Origin: Armatimonadota bacterium
GTDB taxonomy: Bacteria > Armatimonadota > SYMT01
Assembly (NCBI GenBank): GCA_041690135.1
Contig: JAWLHY010000011.1
Coordinates: 256,668 to 320,667, forward strand
DNA: 64,000 nucleotides
Direction: 5' to 3'
The position numbers and the translations under genes were made by a program. This document shows, piece after piece, positions 19,911 to 29,411 of this stretch; within the stretch, counting starts at the first letter, position 1; the number at the start of each line of letters is the position of its first letter. The notes under the pieces are model-generated. The model searched no databases. It saw nothing but the letters and a program-made list of their open reading frames with translations, and was not told where the DNA came from.

Positions 19911-22900
19911 TTACGGGTTGGCCGGCCGCGCTCGCACAAAAGGGGAAGTCAGCGGGAAGCTGGCGTCGGAGATGCTCACCTGCTGTCGCGGACCATCCAA
20001 CTCGTGAACCCGCCGGGCAACATATTCCGCGAGCGTGTTGAAGCGGACGAAAGGAGTGGATGGGTCCGCGTGCCCCCGCAACCCTTCGAGCAAGGCGTAA
20101 GTGAACACACCGTGACCCAGACGAGCCCGCTCCTGGGCCAGTTGGTCCGGAGTGGCGCTTGCCAGGAGCACCACCCCCGATGCCGGGCTCATCATCCGCT
20201 CGGCCCGGACCGCCGGAACCGGGATCTTGCCGGAGTGGCAGGTATCGGCGAACACGATCACCTGCCGCGCGCTCAGCTTCGGTCCGAGCCATTCTGCGAG
20301 TTGGGCGCCCGTGAGAGTGGTTTCCAGGAGCCGTCGGTTAGAGGAAACATCCAGCTCATAAGTGCCGAAGCAGTAGTTCCCGGCCTCGTCCCGGAGACCA
20401 TGCCCGGCCAGGTAAAGGACCACCGTGTCTTCGGGTCGTGAGCGAGCCTTGATCGCTTTCAGCCGCGCACGCAGGGCATTCCCGGTAGCCTGCGCATCCG
20501 TGAGGCAGTCCACTTCCACCCGCGTGTACAGTTCCTTCTGCCCCGCAAACACTGAAGCGACGGCGCGAGCATCGCCGGCAGGGAACGCCAGCGAATAGGC
20601 CGGATCCCGGTAACGAGAGACCCCGGCGCACAGGACGAAGAGCCGTCCCCGTACGGCGGGCGCTCCCGGCCGGCGGATGAGGATCTCGACGGGATCGGCA
20701 TTGTAGCCCTGGTCGTCGAACACGGTGGCTCGCACCAGGATCAACTCTTCACCGGGCGGCAAGGGCACCGCCAGGCGCGAAATCTGATAGGCTCGATGCC
20801 GCGGGGGGAATGCCCCAGCATCCACGCCGCGGGGCAACGACGCCGGCCGCCGCTCCGCCAGGTCGGCAATAGCGCCGGAGAGCGCTTCCGGGGCCGAGCG
20901 GTCATCCAACAACACAGGACGCCCGTTCACAAAGACCTCGGCGGATCTCACACTCCTATCGTCACTGGCAAGAAGGGTCAGTTTCACCTCCCTTGCATCG
21001 GCCGCCACGGTCATCTCCGCATCCAGGAATCGACACGCGGGGGGGATATCGCCGGAGCCCAGAGGTGGGGCGGGTTCCCATACCCCCGCCAGCGCCTGGC
21101 GAACCGAGCGAGGGCGCCGGAAGCGGTTTTCGAAGCGCGCGGCCGGGTAGAGCTGGTCTTCCGCTCGCCAGGAAACCAGTTCGCCGCTTCCGGGGGACCC
21201 ATCATAGTGGCCGTTGGCGGTGACCGCCATCCACTCCGTACGCCGCTCCGTGCGCAGCGCGGTGAGCGCCACCCAGCGTTCACCGGCGGCATCGAGCTCG
21301 TTCCAGATGCGAACTGAACCGTCCGGAGCCGCCGCCGCCAACCGGAGGCTCGATAAGTCGCGAGTAAACTGTGGAAACTTCATTCCCAACCCACCCATGC
21401 GCAGCACCGGCTTTCCGGCGCCCGTGGCAATGTCCCACAACATCGGGGGAGCGCCGGGAAAGGTGGCGACGATGCTTTTTGCGTCACGCGATATGGCCAG
21501 GATGGGCGGCGAAATGGAGGTCGTGGTGAGGATGTGATTCCCGTCGGGCGTCCAGGCGAACTCGGCGAGCCGGGGATGGGGAATGGAGCGCCGGACCTCA
21601 CCAGTCCGCGCGTCCCATAGGCAAAGAGAGGTACGCAACATGCCGCGCTCGGGGGGTAGCATCAGGCTACCGGCCAGGGCCTTGCTATCGGGGCTCCACT
21701 GGATGGACCCACCGCCCGCAAGTGTGTGCGTCAACTTCCAGCCCTGTGCCGCTGCTCCGGTCGTCTCCCAGATCCATACCCGCCCGCCGCCGGTAGCGGC
21801 GAAGAAACGACCGTCGGGGCTCCAGGTGACCCGTCCCACTGTCTCTGAAAAGTTCCTCAGCCCGGAGAGACGCTGCCCGGTATCCGGATCCCAAAAGCTG
21901 ACGGGCGCATCCCGGCTGACGATCGCCAGGATCTTTCCGTCCGGGCTCCACGCGGCGATACTTGCCTCGGGGGCGCGGGTGGCCGCTGGAGGTGGGAGTG
22001 GCGGGCCGGCAGCCCCCTTCAAGGTTTGCACCGGCCGTAATGTTTGCACGTCCCAGAGCTCGATCATTCCGTCGTCCGTTACGGCCGCCAGAACCTTACC
22101 GTCGGGCCGCCAGGTCAACGCAAGCACCGTCCGCTCCAGGTGGCTGAGGCTGCCTCGCAATTCTCCTGTCCGGGTATCCCAGATCCGGGGGGGCGCACCG
22201 TTGCCGGCGGTCGCCAGTTCACGACCATCCGGAGACCAGGCCACGGCCGTTAGTTCCAGGCTATGCCCCCCCAGGATCTCGGCCTTCTGACCCTTGAGTG
22301 TCTCCCATAAGCGGATGCGCGCGTCCGTGGTCGCGACGGCAAGCTGCCGGCCATCCGGACTCCAGTCGAGGGCGTAGAACGAGTCAGGTGTTCCCCCCTG
22401 AAAGCGCTCTTGTTCTTCCGCACCGGTTTCCGAGTTCCAGAGCCGGACGGTTCCGGCATGGGTTACCGTCGCGACCCAGGGTCGAGAGGGATGCCAGACC
22501 ACCCTGGCGACAAAGCAGTCCTCCTGCGTCAGGACCCGCACCCGTTTGCCGGCAACCGCCTCCCACTGTTCGACCCCCCCGCGATAGGTGGGCGCCCGCT
22601 CCCCGGCGAACTGTCCGAACAGGCCCGTGCCCACGGCCAGGGACCGGCCATCCGGGCTCCACGCGATTCCCCGGATCGTCTGCGTGCATTCTCCCGTCCA
22701 GCGCAGCTCCCACGTCGCGGTGTCCCAGACACAAAGTTTGTTCCCACCGCCGTCGGTCGCGAGTTGGCCTCCATCCGGGCTCCACGCAACTGCTCCGCCG
22801 CCCCCGCGGGTAGAATCCAGAACTCGCTGCTGCTCGCCGGTCTTCGCGTTCCAGATGTGGGTAGCTCCACCCCCCGAAGAGGCCAGCAAGGTGCCGCGAG

Positions 22901-23354
22901 GGTGCCAGGCGACCCCATTCACCGCGCTGGCGCGCCCCATCATTACCCGCAGTTGCCGCTGCTGCCGCGGATCCCAGATGCGGATGGTGCCTTCATAGCC
23001 GCCGGATGCCAGGAGCGCCCCGTCCGGGCTCCAGCTTACCGACCGCACCCCCATTTCGTGACCGCGCAGCACCGCGTAGGTCCGTCGCTTCCGCACGTCC
23101 CAGAGCCGGAGGGTGCGGTCCCGGCTCGCCGAGGCCAGGCGATCTCCCTGGGGGTGCCAGGCGAGATCGAGGATCGCCGAGCCGTGACCGGATTGGAGCA
23201 ACAGCTCCGGTTGACCGGAGGCTTCCCGCACCGGGGTACCGGCAACTCCGGTACGGGCGGCTCCCGTGGTGAGGAGAAGCAGCAGAAGCAGCCAGAAGCC
23301 GGGACGGAAGGGGGCCAGCCGGTCCTGGATTGACGGTGATTCGCAGACAGGCAT
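19911..23354 (-). CDS. Exported WD40-repeat protein with C-terminal caspase (peptidase C14) domain
   Basis: Hydrophobic N-terminus and many WD40 repeats (GH...W[SH]PDG...WD). Caspase motifs GVSRY, LYLAGHG (His), FADTCHSG (Cys) and HGVFTYALLEGL. AGGAG RBS before ATG 23354; the ORF track starts at 23375. Confidence 0.9.
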   Translation of the reverse strand: MPVCESPSIQDRLAPFRPGFWLLLLLLLTTGAARTGVAGTPVREASGQPELLLQSGHGSAILDLAWHPQGDRLASASRDRTLRLWDVRKRRTYAVLRGHEMGVRSVSWSPDGALLASGGYEGTIRIWDPRQQRQLRVMMGRASAVNGVAWHPRGTLLASSGGGATHIWNAKTGEQQRVLDSTRGGGGAVAWSPDGGQLATDGGGNKLCVWDTATWELRWTGECTQTIRGIAWSPDGRSLAVGTGLFGQFAGERAPTYRGGVEQWEAVAGKRVRVLTQEDCFVARVVWHPSRPWVATVTHAGTVRLWNSETGAEEQERFQGGTPDSFYALDWSPDGRQLAVATTDARIRLWETLKGQKAEILGGHSLELTAVAWSPDGRELATAGNGAPPRIWDTRTGELRGSLSHLERTVLALTWRPDGKVLAAVTDDGMIELWDVQTLRPVQTLKGAAGPPLPPPAATRAPEASIAAWSPDGKILAIVSRDAPVSFWDPDTGQRLSGLRNFSETVGRVTWSPDGRFFAATGGGRVWIWETTGAAAQGWKLTHTLAGGGSIQWSPDSKALAGSLMLPPERGMLRTSLCLWDARTGEVRRSIPHPRLAEFAWTPDGNHILTTTSISPPILAISRDAKSIVATFPGAPPMLWDIATGAGKPVLRMGGLGMKFPQFTRDLSSLRLAAAAPDGSVRIWNELDAAGERWVALTALRTERRTEWMAVTANGHYDGSPGSGELVSWRAEDQLYPAARFENRFRRPRSVRQALAGVWEPAPPLGSGDIPPACRFLDAEMTVAADAREVKLTLLASDDRSVRSAEVFVNGRPVLLDDRSAPEALSGAIADLAERRPASLPRGVDAGAFPPRHRAYQISRLAVPLPPGEELILVRATVFDDQGYNADPVEILIRRPGAPAVRGRLFVLCAGVSRYRDPAYSLAFPAGDARAVASVFAGQKELYTRVEVDCLTDAQATGNALRARLKAIKARSRPEDTVVLYLAGHGLRDEAGNYCFGTYELDVSSNRRLLETTLTGAQLAEWLGPKLSARQVIVFADTCHSGKIPVPAVRAERMMSPASGVVLLASATPDQLAQERARLGHGVFTYALLEGLRGHADPSTPFVRFNTLAEYVARRVHELDGPRQQVSISDASFPLTSPFVRARPANP

Positions 23355-23382
23355 GCCGGGTCTCCTGACATTCACGAAGAGG

Positions 23383-24822
23383 CTATTCGGATTTCAGCAC
23401 CTGACGGCGCAGCTGCCGCAGGCCATGCAAGAGTGCAGTCGCCTCACGGGAGCCGGGGTTCTCCCGGACCAGGGACTGGAAGGCCTCCTCGGCTTCGTCC
23501 AGCAACCCGGCCCGCCACGCCAGCACGCCGCGCGTCACCAGTGAGCCGTCTCCGGCGGTCACCGCCCGCTCCAATTCCGCCGCCCGGTTCGCTTCCAGAA
23601 TGACAAAACGGGCTTCCGGCTGGCCCGTACGCGGCGTCACCCGGAGGCGGGTCTCGCCGGCGTAGGCGGCGACTTCCCACTGGTAGGTCCGGCCGCGGGG
23701 CAGCGAATTTGCTGGCTGCCACCGGGTAGCTTTGAGCCTTGGACTGGTTTCGAGTGCGAACCCCTCCAGGTCGAAGATGGTGACGATGTAGCCCTCCGCC
23801 CCCACCAGGGGAACCCACGCAAGTTCCGGCCGGTCGTCCCGGACGGCGGTTCCCACCGGGCTCTTGAGGGCGAATGCCGGTGAGCCGGGCGGAGGCACGA
23901 AACGCGCCGTGCCTTCCTCCGCATCACGGCGCGGCGCTCCCGTCAATTGCGCCAGCAGGACCGGCGGTTCCAGGCGGCGGGTCTTCCAGGCGCGCTCAAC
24001 CTCCGGCAGGACCGCCTGCGGGACGAGGCGCACGAGGCGCCCCTCCGCGTCTCGGACCAACTCTCCGTTGCCGTCCCGGACGACCGTGGCGGGGCGAGTT
24101 TCGCCGGCGCCCGGCACCGACCTGGGAATCGGTGACCGCGCGAGGCTGATCTCTAGATCCTCGAGGCGCTCCCGCAGCCGGTCCATTTCCTGCGACTGGC
24201 GCTCCCGGCTCGCCACTTCCCCCACGCGTCGGCGATCGACCGCCGCCAGCTCCTTTTTCACCTGCGCCAGCTCGCGCGAGAGACGCTCGGCTTCTTCCCG
24301 GGCGGCAGTGCCCTCCTTGCGGGCCTGTGCCAGCTCACGACCCGTGGGGGTGCCGATCTCGGCGGGGAGAGGAATGCGGAGGAGAGTCACCACCAGCACG
24401 GCGGCCGCGGCGGCCGGTAGTGCCAGGCGGCACCAGGACCAAACGGAGGTCCGGCTGGGCCGCGATGAGGATCCGGGGAGCGGAGCTCCCTCCAACTCTT
24501 CCCGGAAGGCGGCGAGGTCCCGCACTTCCGCCACGCATGCAGGGCAGACTTCTAGATGACTCCGGACCGTCTCCAGGTCCGCGGCAACGAGGGCGCCATC
24601 GACGTAATCCGCCAGTTGCTCGAAATCCAGGTGTTCCGGAGGCAGCCCGTCTTCCCGAAAGACTGACGGCAAGGCGGTCACGGCCGTTTCGTGCGGCACC
24701 CGAACCTGCTCCCGGCAAGCGGTGCAAACGGCCAGGTGATCATCCATCGCCAGCAAGTCCACGGGCGATGCCTGTCGGCGCCGGTAGCTTTCGAGTTGTT
24801 CGGGAGTCAGGTGGGCCTGCAC
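23383..24822 (-). CDS. Membrane-anchored anti-sigma factor with two zf-HC2 fingers, coiled coil and Ig-like/DUF928-like plus TPR extracytoplasmic region
   Basis: HLAVCTAC and HLEVCPAC (HxxxCxxC twice), TM LALPAAAAAVLVVTLL, 'SPVGTAVRDDRPELAW...YQWEV' and a C-terminal TPR-like helix pair. AGGAG RBS before GTG. Confidence 0.8.
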   Translation of the reverse strand: MQAHLTPEQLESYRRRQASPVDLLAMDDHLAVCTACREQVRVPHETAVTALPSVFREDGLPPEHLDFEQLADYVDGALVAADLETVRSHLEVCPACVAEVRDLAAFREELEGAPLPGSSSRPSRTSVWSWCRLALPAAAAAVLVVTLLRIPLPAEIGTPTGRELAQARKEGTAAREEAERLSRELAQVKKELAAVDRRRVGEVASRERQSQEMDRLRERLEDLEISLARSPIPRSVPGAGETRPATVVRDGNGELVRDAEGRLVRLVPQAVLPEVERAWKTRRLEPPVLLAQLTGAPRRDAEEGTARFVPPPGSPAFALKSPVGTAVRDDRPELAWVPLVGAEGYIVTIFDLEGFALETSPRLKATRWQPANSLPRGRTYQWEVAAYAGETRLRVTPRTGQPEARFVILEANRAAELERAVTAGDGSLVTRGVLAWRAGLLDEAEEAFQSLVRENPGSREATALLHGLRQLRRQVLKSE

Positions 24823-24866
24823 GGATCACTCCTGGCGGCTCTCGGGGATTGGACGGGAAAAGAAGT

Positions 24867-26030
24867 CTATTTGAGCCACGGGTAGTCCCACCCGAGCTTG
24901 AGGAGGCGCCGCCGCAGCCGGTCGCGGGCATTCTGCCGCAGAACGATCACCTGGCGCGGCTGCAGATGCAGCCGTTCCGCGACGCGGCGATCGTCCAGGG
25001 GCAGGTCGGGCCAGAGCCCGGCCAACTCCTCCGCCGGCATCTCCAGCAAGGCCGCGATCTCGCGCAGAGAGGCCAGACCCTCCGCGGGCAGGAGGCGGAT
25101 GACTCCCTCCGAGAGAGTCAACACGAGCGCGGTCCGCTGGCGAAGGGGGAGTAGGCCGAGCTCGAACCAGAGATCACGGAGAAATTCCCGCACTTCCAAC
25201 TGCCGGACAAACTCGCCGCGGGCATCCGATACCCGTTCGAGAGGATGCACCTCGTGCGGGGATTCCGGCTCGATGCGGGTGGCTTCGCGGACCTGCCGAA
25301 TCTCGGCGGATACCTTGATCAGTCGCGGTAGCAGCAGCGGAGTATCCAGCCACCGGAACAGCCGCTCCATAAAAGGGAGCAGGGCGAGGCCGACCGGGTC
25401 CTCGTCGGGAAAGATCCAGCCAGAGCACTGCTGAGAGTTCGCTTCCAGTTGAGTACGGCGTTTCAGTGCGTCGCTTTCGGGCCGGGGGCTCTTCCCTTCT
25501 GTCCGCCACCATCGCCAACCCGTCCATCGATCGGCGCCGTCCCCGCGCCACAGCGTCAAGGCGGTCCGGTCCCCGCACCGGGTGAGCAGATAGCGGATGC
25601 GATTGGAGAGGTAAGTCCACGCGGGTCGCTCTCGCCGGAGCCTGGCGGTGACCGTCTGCCCCGCAAGCAGCGCCGCCACGGCTTCCACGTCCCGGATCGC
25701 TTCACCCGTCCCGCTCCGCGCCTCTCCGAGCCGCCGGATGAGCCGCAACAGCGTCTCGCTCCGCAGGTCGTCCAGGTCATCGGCGTGATTTCCGCTCCGA
25801 TCGCGGCCGGTACATCCCCACTCCTTGCGGAGGATGCCTTCGATCCGGGGCGTGAGCGCCTTCAGGAGTGCCTCCAAACAGGCGGGTGCGTCGCCATCCG
25901 AGGCCCGCAGGTAGGACGCCAAAAGCTCACCTGGAAGGGGTGAAGCGCGAGCATTCTCGACTCCGGATTTGCGCCGCAGGAGGTCTAACATTCGCCGGGT
26001 AGCCAGGCACGAGGGTAGTGGAGGAAGCAA
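24867..26030 (-). CDS. Atypical ECF-like sigma-70 factor with a large insertion between regions 2 and 4
   Basis: Region-2-like 'DDLDDLRSETLLRL'; region-4-like 'LPLRQRTALVL...LREIAALLEM...VAERLHL...RQNARDRLRRRL'; adjacent to a zf-HC2 gene. Start uncertain (ATG 25991 is an alternative). Confidence 0.75.
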   Translation of the reverse strand: MLPPLPSCLATRRMLDLLRRKSGVENARASPLPGELLASYLRASDGDAPACLEALLKALTPRIEGILRKEWGCTGRDRSGNHADDLDDLRSETLLRLIRRLGEARSGTGEAIRDVEAVAALLAGQTVTARLRRERPAWTYLSNRIRYLLTRCGDRTALTLWRGDGADRWTGWRWWRTEGKSPRPESDALKRRTQLEANSQQCSGWIFPDEDPVGLALLPFMERLFRWLDTPLLLPRLIKVSAEIRQVREATRIEPESPHEVHPLERVSDARGEFVRQLEVREFLRDLWFELGLLPLRQRTALVLTLSEGVIRLLPAEGLASLREIAALLEMPAEELAGLWPDLPLDDRRVAERLHLQPRQVIVLRQNARDRLRRRLLKLGWDYPWLK

Positions 26031-26093
26031 TGGATGGGGCGGTTCCTGGTAGGAGTATTTCTTTCATGCCTGGGCTGCAATCCTCCCAGAGCA

Positions 26094-26579
26094 TCATGAC
26101 GCTCCCGATACCCGGCAAGAAGTACGCAGAGTCACCACACCCTCCAGCGCATGGCCGAGCTCCTGGAGTAAAGGACCGGCACAGGCCTCCTCCACGGCCG
26201 GAAACAGCTCCCGCTCCTCGAAGCGGATGTGGTCGTGGAGCCGGCTTGCGGTCTCGGCGACGAGCTCGGCTAGCCGCGGATCGTCCGCCGTCTCCGCGGC
26301 GGCCAACTCCCGGGCAAGGCGGCGGAGGGTGACGTGCTCCACCAGGGTCCGCACGAGGAGCGGATGGTCATCCGCCAGCGCCCGGGCGCACTCGGGGAGC
26401 AGGACCTCCTCCTCGGCCCGGAAGTGCGGGAGGATCTCTCCTTCCCACTCTCGCAGGAACTCCCGCACGGTTTCCCGCAGCGGCCGCCGGCTCTCCGACG
26501 CCAGGCGCAGGTTCCGTGCCGCGACCAGGCCGTAATGATGTTGTTCGGAGAGGTCCCTCAACTCCGGGCTCCGCTTCAT
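26094..26579 (-). CDS. Hemerythrin/HHE cation-binding domain protein
   Basis: LSEQHH, HFRAEE, EH and HIRFEERELFP motifs. Confidence 0.88.
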   Translation of the reverse strand: MKRSPELRDLSEQHHYGLVAARNLRLASESRRPLRETVREFLREWEGEILPHFRAEEEVLLPECARALADDHPLLVRTLVEHVTLRRLARELAAAETADDPRLAELVAETASRLHDHIRFEERELFPAVEEACAGPLLQELGHALEGVVTLRTSCRVSGAS

Positions 26580-26968
26580 CCGCTCTTCTTCCCTTCCGGG
26601 GCAATGGTCAACAGGAACACGGCATCCTGGAGAGCCAGCACCGCATGCCGCCGACGGGCGGCCAGGGTCAGCAACTCTCCGGGGTGAAGGTCCACGCTTT
26701 CCTCACCGACCTGGAACCGCACCGCTCCTTCCAGCACGTGGACGGTGATGGGTCCCGGCGCCTGGTGCTCCAGCAGCTCCGCTCCGGCCCGCATGGCCTG
26801 CAAGACCACGCGCAGCTCCGCGTTCTTCACCAGCAGCACGCCGTTGCGGCCGTTCTCCCCGTACTCCGGCTCCTCGCGCAGGGTCTCCAGGGTCGCGTTC
26901 AGGTCCACCACGTGGGGCGCCTCTTCCTCCGGGTGCAGTTGCTGCATGCGGGCTTCCGCCGTTGCCAT
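26576..26968 (-). CDS. Cupin domain protein
   Basis: 'EHQAPGPITVHVLEG...HAVLA'. AAGGAG RBS. Overlaps the hemerythrin start. Confidence 0.88.
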   Translation of the reverse strand: MATAEARMQQLHPEEEAPHVVDLNATLETLREEPEYGENGRNGVLLVKNAELRVVLQAMRAGAELLEHQAPGPITVHVLEGAVRFQVGEESVDLHPGELLTLAARRRHAVLALQDAVFLLTIAPEGKKSG

Positions 26969-27025
26969 CTCGATCTCCTTTCCAGAGTACCAACGGCGAT
27001 AACATACCCACCTGACGCGATGGAG

Positions 27026-27193
27026 TTACATCGGGACGAACTGGGCCACACCGCCAAGACGCCAAGAACGCCAAGAGGAAATAGGAAAGGGGGAGTCGGT
27101 TTCTCCCGGCCTCTCGAGCTCGTCCGCTCCGGCCAGCCCGGCGAGAAGACCCAGGAGCCCGAGCACCACCAGGGAAGAGCGATAGACTTGCAT
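27026..27193 (-). pseudogene. Truncated secreted-protein remnant or small peptide (55 aa)
   Basis: GGAGG RBS and ATG. Reads MQVYRSSLVVLGLLGLLAGLAGA (signal peptide), then runs into a CGCCAAGA repeat and stops. Confidence 0.4.
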
Positions 27194-27297
27194 GGCAACA
27201 CCTCCACGCGAAACGTGGCCGTATACTCACCTTCCACACCTGCGGTTCTTCAGCCGTCGACGTGGAACCTTGTAGGTTCGAGCAAACGAGGTAGCAG

Positions 27298-28278
27298 ATG
27301 CCGCTGGGACATATTGAGCAGGTCCTCTTTCAGAAGAACAAGCGCGTGCCGACAGCCGTGGGCGCGGAGATCGTGCCGATCACCCAGGGGGAGTTCCGGC
27401 GGGAGTACGGCTTTCCAGCGGACGGCGCGAACCTCTACTATGGGGTAAACCCGTGGCAGGTGGAGCAGTTCCGGCGCGAGGGAACGGCGCTGCGGGCGAA
27501 GCACCGCAACCAGCTCCGCGACCTGTGCGACACGCTCCTGGCGAGTGACGTCCCCGCCATGAGCCTCAACCTCGGCCTAGAGCCCCGCGACCTGATGGCC
27601 CCGTATCCCTTTCTGGAGCAGCAGCCGGATCTCCTGGAGGCGTTGGCCGGAGAGATCCACGCCTTCCAGGAAGAGGCCCGCAAGCGGGACAAGACCCTGC
27701 AGATCTTCATCCGCTACGCCTCTGAAATGAACGAGGCGACCCTCAATCCGCACGACCAGCCGTGGGGCCGCAAAGGGTCCCTGCTGGACGACACGGAGCA
27801 GCAGGAGCATTACCGGCGGACCTTCCGCTCTACCCGCGCCCTGTTCCGGAAGGCGGCGCCCCGGGTGGAGTTCGCCTTCTCGCCGGTCCTGCACCGGGGC
27901 ATCCAGGGGCCGCGCTTCGACATCATTGAGAAGTACTGGCCCGGCGACGAGCATGTGGACGTGATCTCCTGCACCTGGTACGCCCGCCGGAAAACGGAAA
28001 CGGACGCGGAGAGCCTGGAACTGTCGGCAGCGCCGCTGCGGAAGTACTTCACGGAGCGGATGGGGCGCCAACGGCCCTTCGCCCTGGATGAGATCGGCGG
28101 CGTGACCGGCCAGGGAAAAGAGGCCCGCGGCAATGACGCCGTGCTGCTGCGGATGCTGGAGGTCCTCACGGCGCCGCCGCTCCACACGTTGAAGTACCGG
28201 TACGTCACCTTCTTCCTCGACGCGGACTGGGGGCGGGATGCCCGGCTGGAGTTCCTGCGGGCCGGCATGGGAGAGTAA
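27298..28278 (+). CDS. GH26-like glycoside hydrolase
   Basis: IFIRYASEMN (acid/base), 'YWPGDEHVDVI' and ALDEIG (nucleophile). Confidence 0.75.
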   Translation: MPLGHIEQVLFQKNKRVPTAVGAEIVPITQGEFRREYGFPADGANLYYGVNPWQVEQFRREGTALRAKHRNQLRDLCDTLLASDVPAMSLNLGLEPRDLMAPYPFLEQQPDLLEALAGEIHAFQEEARKRDKTLQIFIRYASEMNEATLNPHDQPWGRKGSLLDDTEQQEHYRRTFRSTRALFRKAAPRVEFAFSPVLHRGIQGPRFDIIEKYWPGDEHVDVISCTWYARRKTETDAESLELSAAPLRKYFTERMGRQRPFALDEIGGVTGQGKEARGNDAVLLRMLEVLTAPPLHTLKYRYVTFFLDADWGRDARLEFLRAGMGE

Positions 28279-28286
28279 GGGGATCC

Positions 28287-28820
28287 ATGGCACGTAAGAA
28301 GCGCGACCCGCAGCGAGAAGCGCCGGTGGAGAAGCTGGTCCTCACCTACGAGGTTCGGGATGAAGACATCCGCCGTTTCCACGACTACCACCTCTGGCGC
28401 CACACCCGCCGCGCGCCGGCCGCCCTGTTCGTCATCGCGATCGCCGGGACCGCCAGCGCGCTGATGTTCGCCGGCGAGGCGCCGCCCCTCTCCACCGCCC
28501 TCTATAGCGGGGTCTTTCCGATCCTGGCCTTCCTCTGGGTCTTCTGGTACTCGAAGCGGAAGATGGTCCGCATCGCCCGGGAGACGGGCGCCCTGGGCCC
28601 GCAGACCCTGGAGTTCACGAAGCGTGGCCTCTTCCAGCGCCGGGCGAACGGGGCCGAATCCCGCCGGCCGTGGGAGCATCCGGTCCGCATCATCGAACGG
28701 GGCGAGCAGGTCTTCGTTTACCTGAACCCGGTCCAGGCGCTGATTATCCCCCGGAGCGCTTTCGCCTCGCCCGAAGAACTGGAGCGGTTCCGCGCGGCGT
28801 TGGAACATTGGTCTGCTTGA
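28287..28820 (+). CDS. YcxB-family membrane protein
   Basis: Two TM helices followed by 'SRRPW...ALIIPRSAF'. Confidence 0.75.
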   Translation: MARKKRDPQREAPVEKLVLTYEVRDEDIRRFHDYHLWRHTRRAPAALFVIAIAGTASALMFAGEAPPLSTALYSGVFPILAFLWVFWYSKRKMVRIARETGALGPQTLEFTKRGLFQRRANGAESRRPWEHPVRIIERGEQVFVYLNPVQALIIPRSAFASPEELERFRAALEHWSA

Positions 28821-28833
28821 GGAGTTTTCAGGT

Positions 28834-28862
28834 TTGGGCAGACCCCGGAATCCCGGTATACT
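28834..28862 (+). promoter_or_regulatory. Sigma70-type promoter for the riboswitch leader
   Basis: TTGGGC-N17-TATACT. Confidence 0.5.
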
Positions 28863-28903
28863 CCAGGTGGAGAGCGGACCGCACCCGCTTTCCGATAGAA
28901 CCA

Positions 28904-29035
28904 GACGCCTAATCCTGCGAAGGAACGGGGGAACCACTCTGTTGGGGCGAAGGAGGGTTCAGGCAGCGACAACGCCGCCGGGACCGTCCCGGGTAGCTCT
29001 TCTCACCCGAGCCCGTCAGCTAACCTCGTCGGCGT
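28904..29035 (+). ncRNA. c-di-AMP (ydaO/yuaA) riboswitch
   Basis: Conserved blocks AAUCC...GGAACGGGGGAACCA...UGGGGCGAA...CCCGAGCCCGUCAGCUAACCUCGUCGGCGU, with 5'/3' ACGCC:GGCGU pairing. Confidence 0.9.
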
Positions 29036-29105
29036 GGCGCGAAGAGTCCAGCAAAGCGCCCCTTCCGGACAGCGCCGTCCGGGTAGCGCCTGCCGCATTC
29101 GACCC

Positions 29106-29136
29106 GCCACGCAGCCGCGTGGCCTTTTTGTTGTTT
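29106..29136 (+). terminator. Intrinsic terminator (riboswitch expression platform)
   Basis: gccacgc-agcc-gcgtggc followed by ctttttgttgttt. Confidence 0.75.
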
Positions 29137-29180
29137 GCGGTGGAAGTGGGGTCGCCTGCGTTTCCCACGGAGATGTAAGG

Positions 29181-29411
29181 ATGCTGTTCGGCACCAAGGA
29201 GCGGTCCGCGACCGCTCGGGTCGTTAGCGAAGATGCCGTCCTGTTGGGTCAGGATTTCCTGTTCGTCAACCATTCCGTCCCGCTTCCCGATGCGGAGCTG
29301 CGGTCGGCGGTCCCTCCCACCGATGCGGGGGACTGGCTCCTGGAATTACATAAGGAAGGCGGCGGCGTGGTGCGCGTGCTGTTCGCCGAAGAAGACGAGG
29401 AGGAAGAGTGA
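29181..29411 (+). CDS. Small acidic hypothetical protein (76 aa)
   Basis: GGAG RBS, ATG after the riboswitch, EEDEEEE tail. Overlaps the STAS gene start. Confidence 0.6.
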   Translation: MLFGTKERSATARVVSEDAVLLGQDFLFVNHSVPLPDAELRSAVPPTDAGDWLLELHKEGGGVVRVLFAEEDEEEE

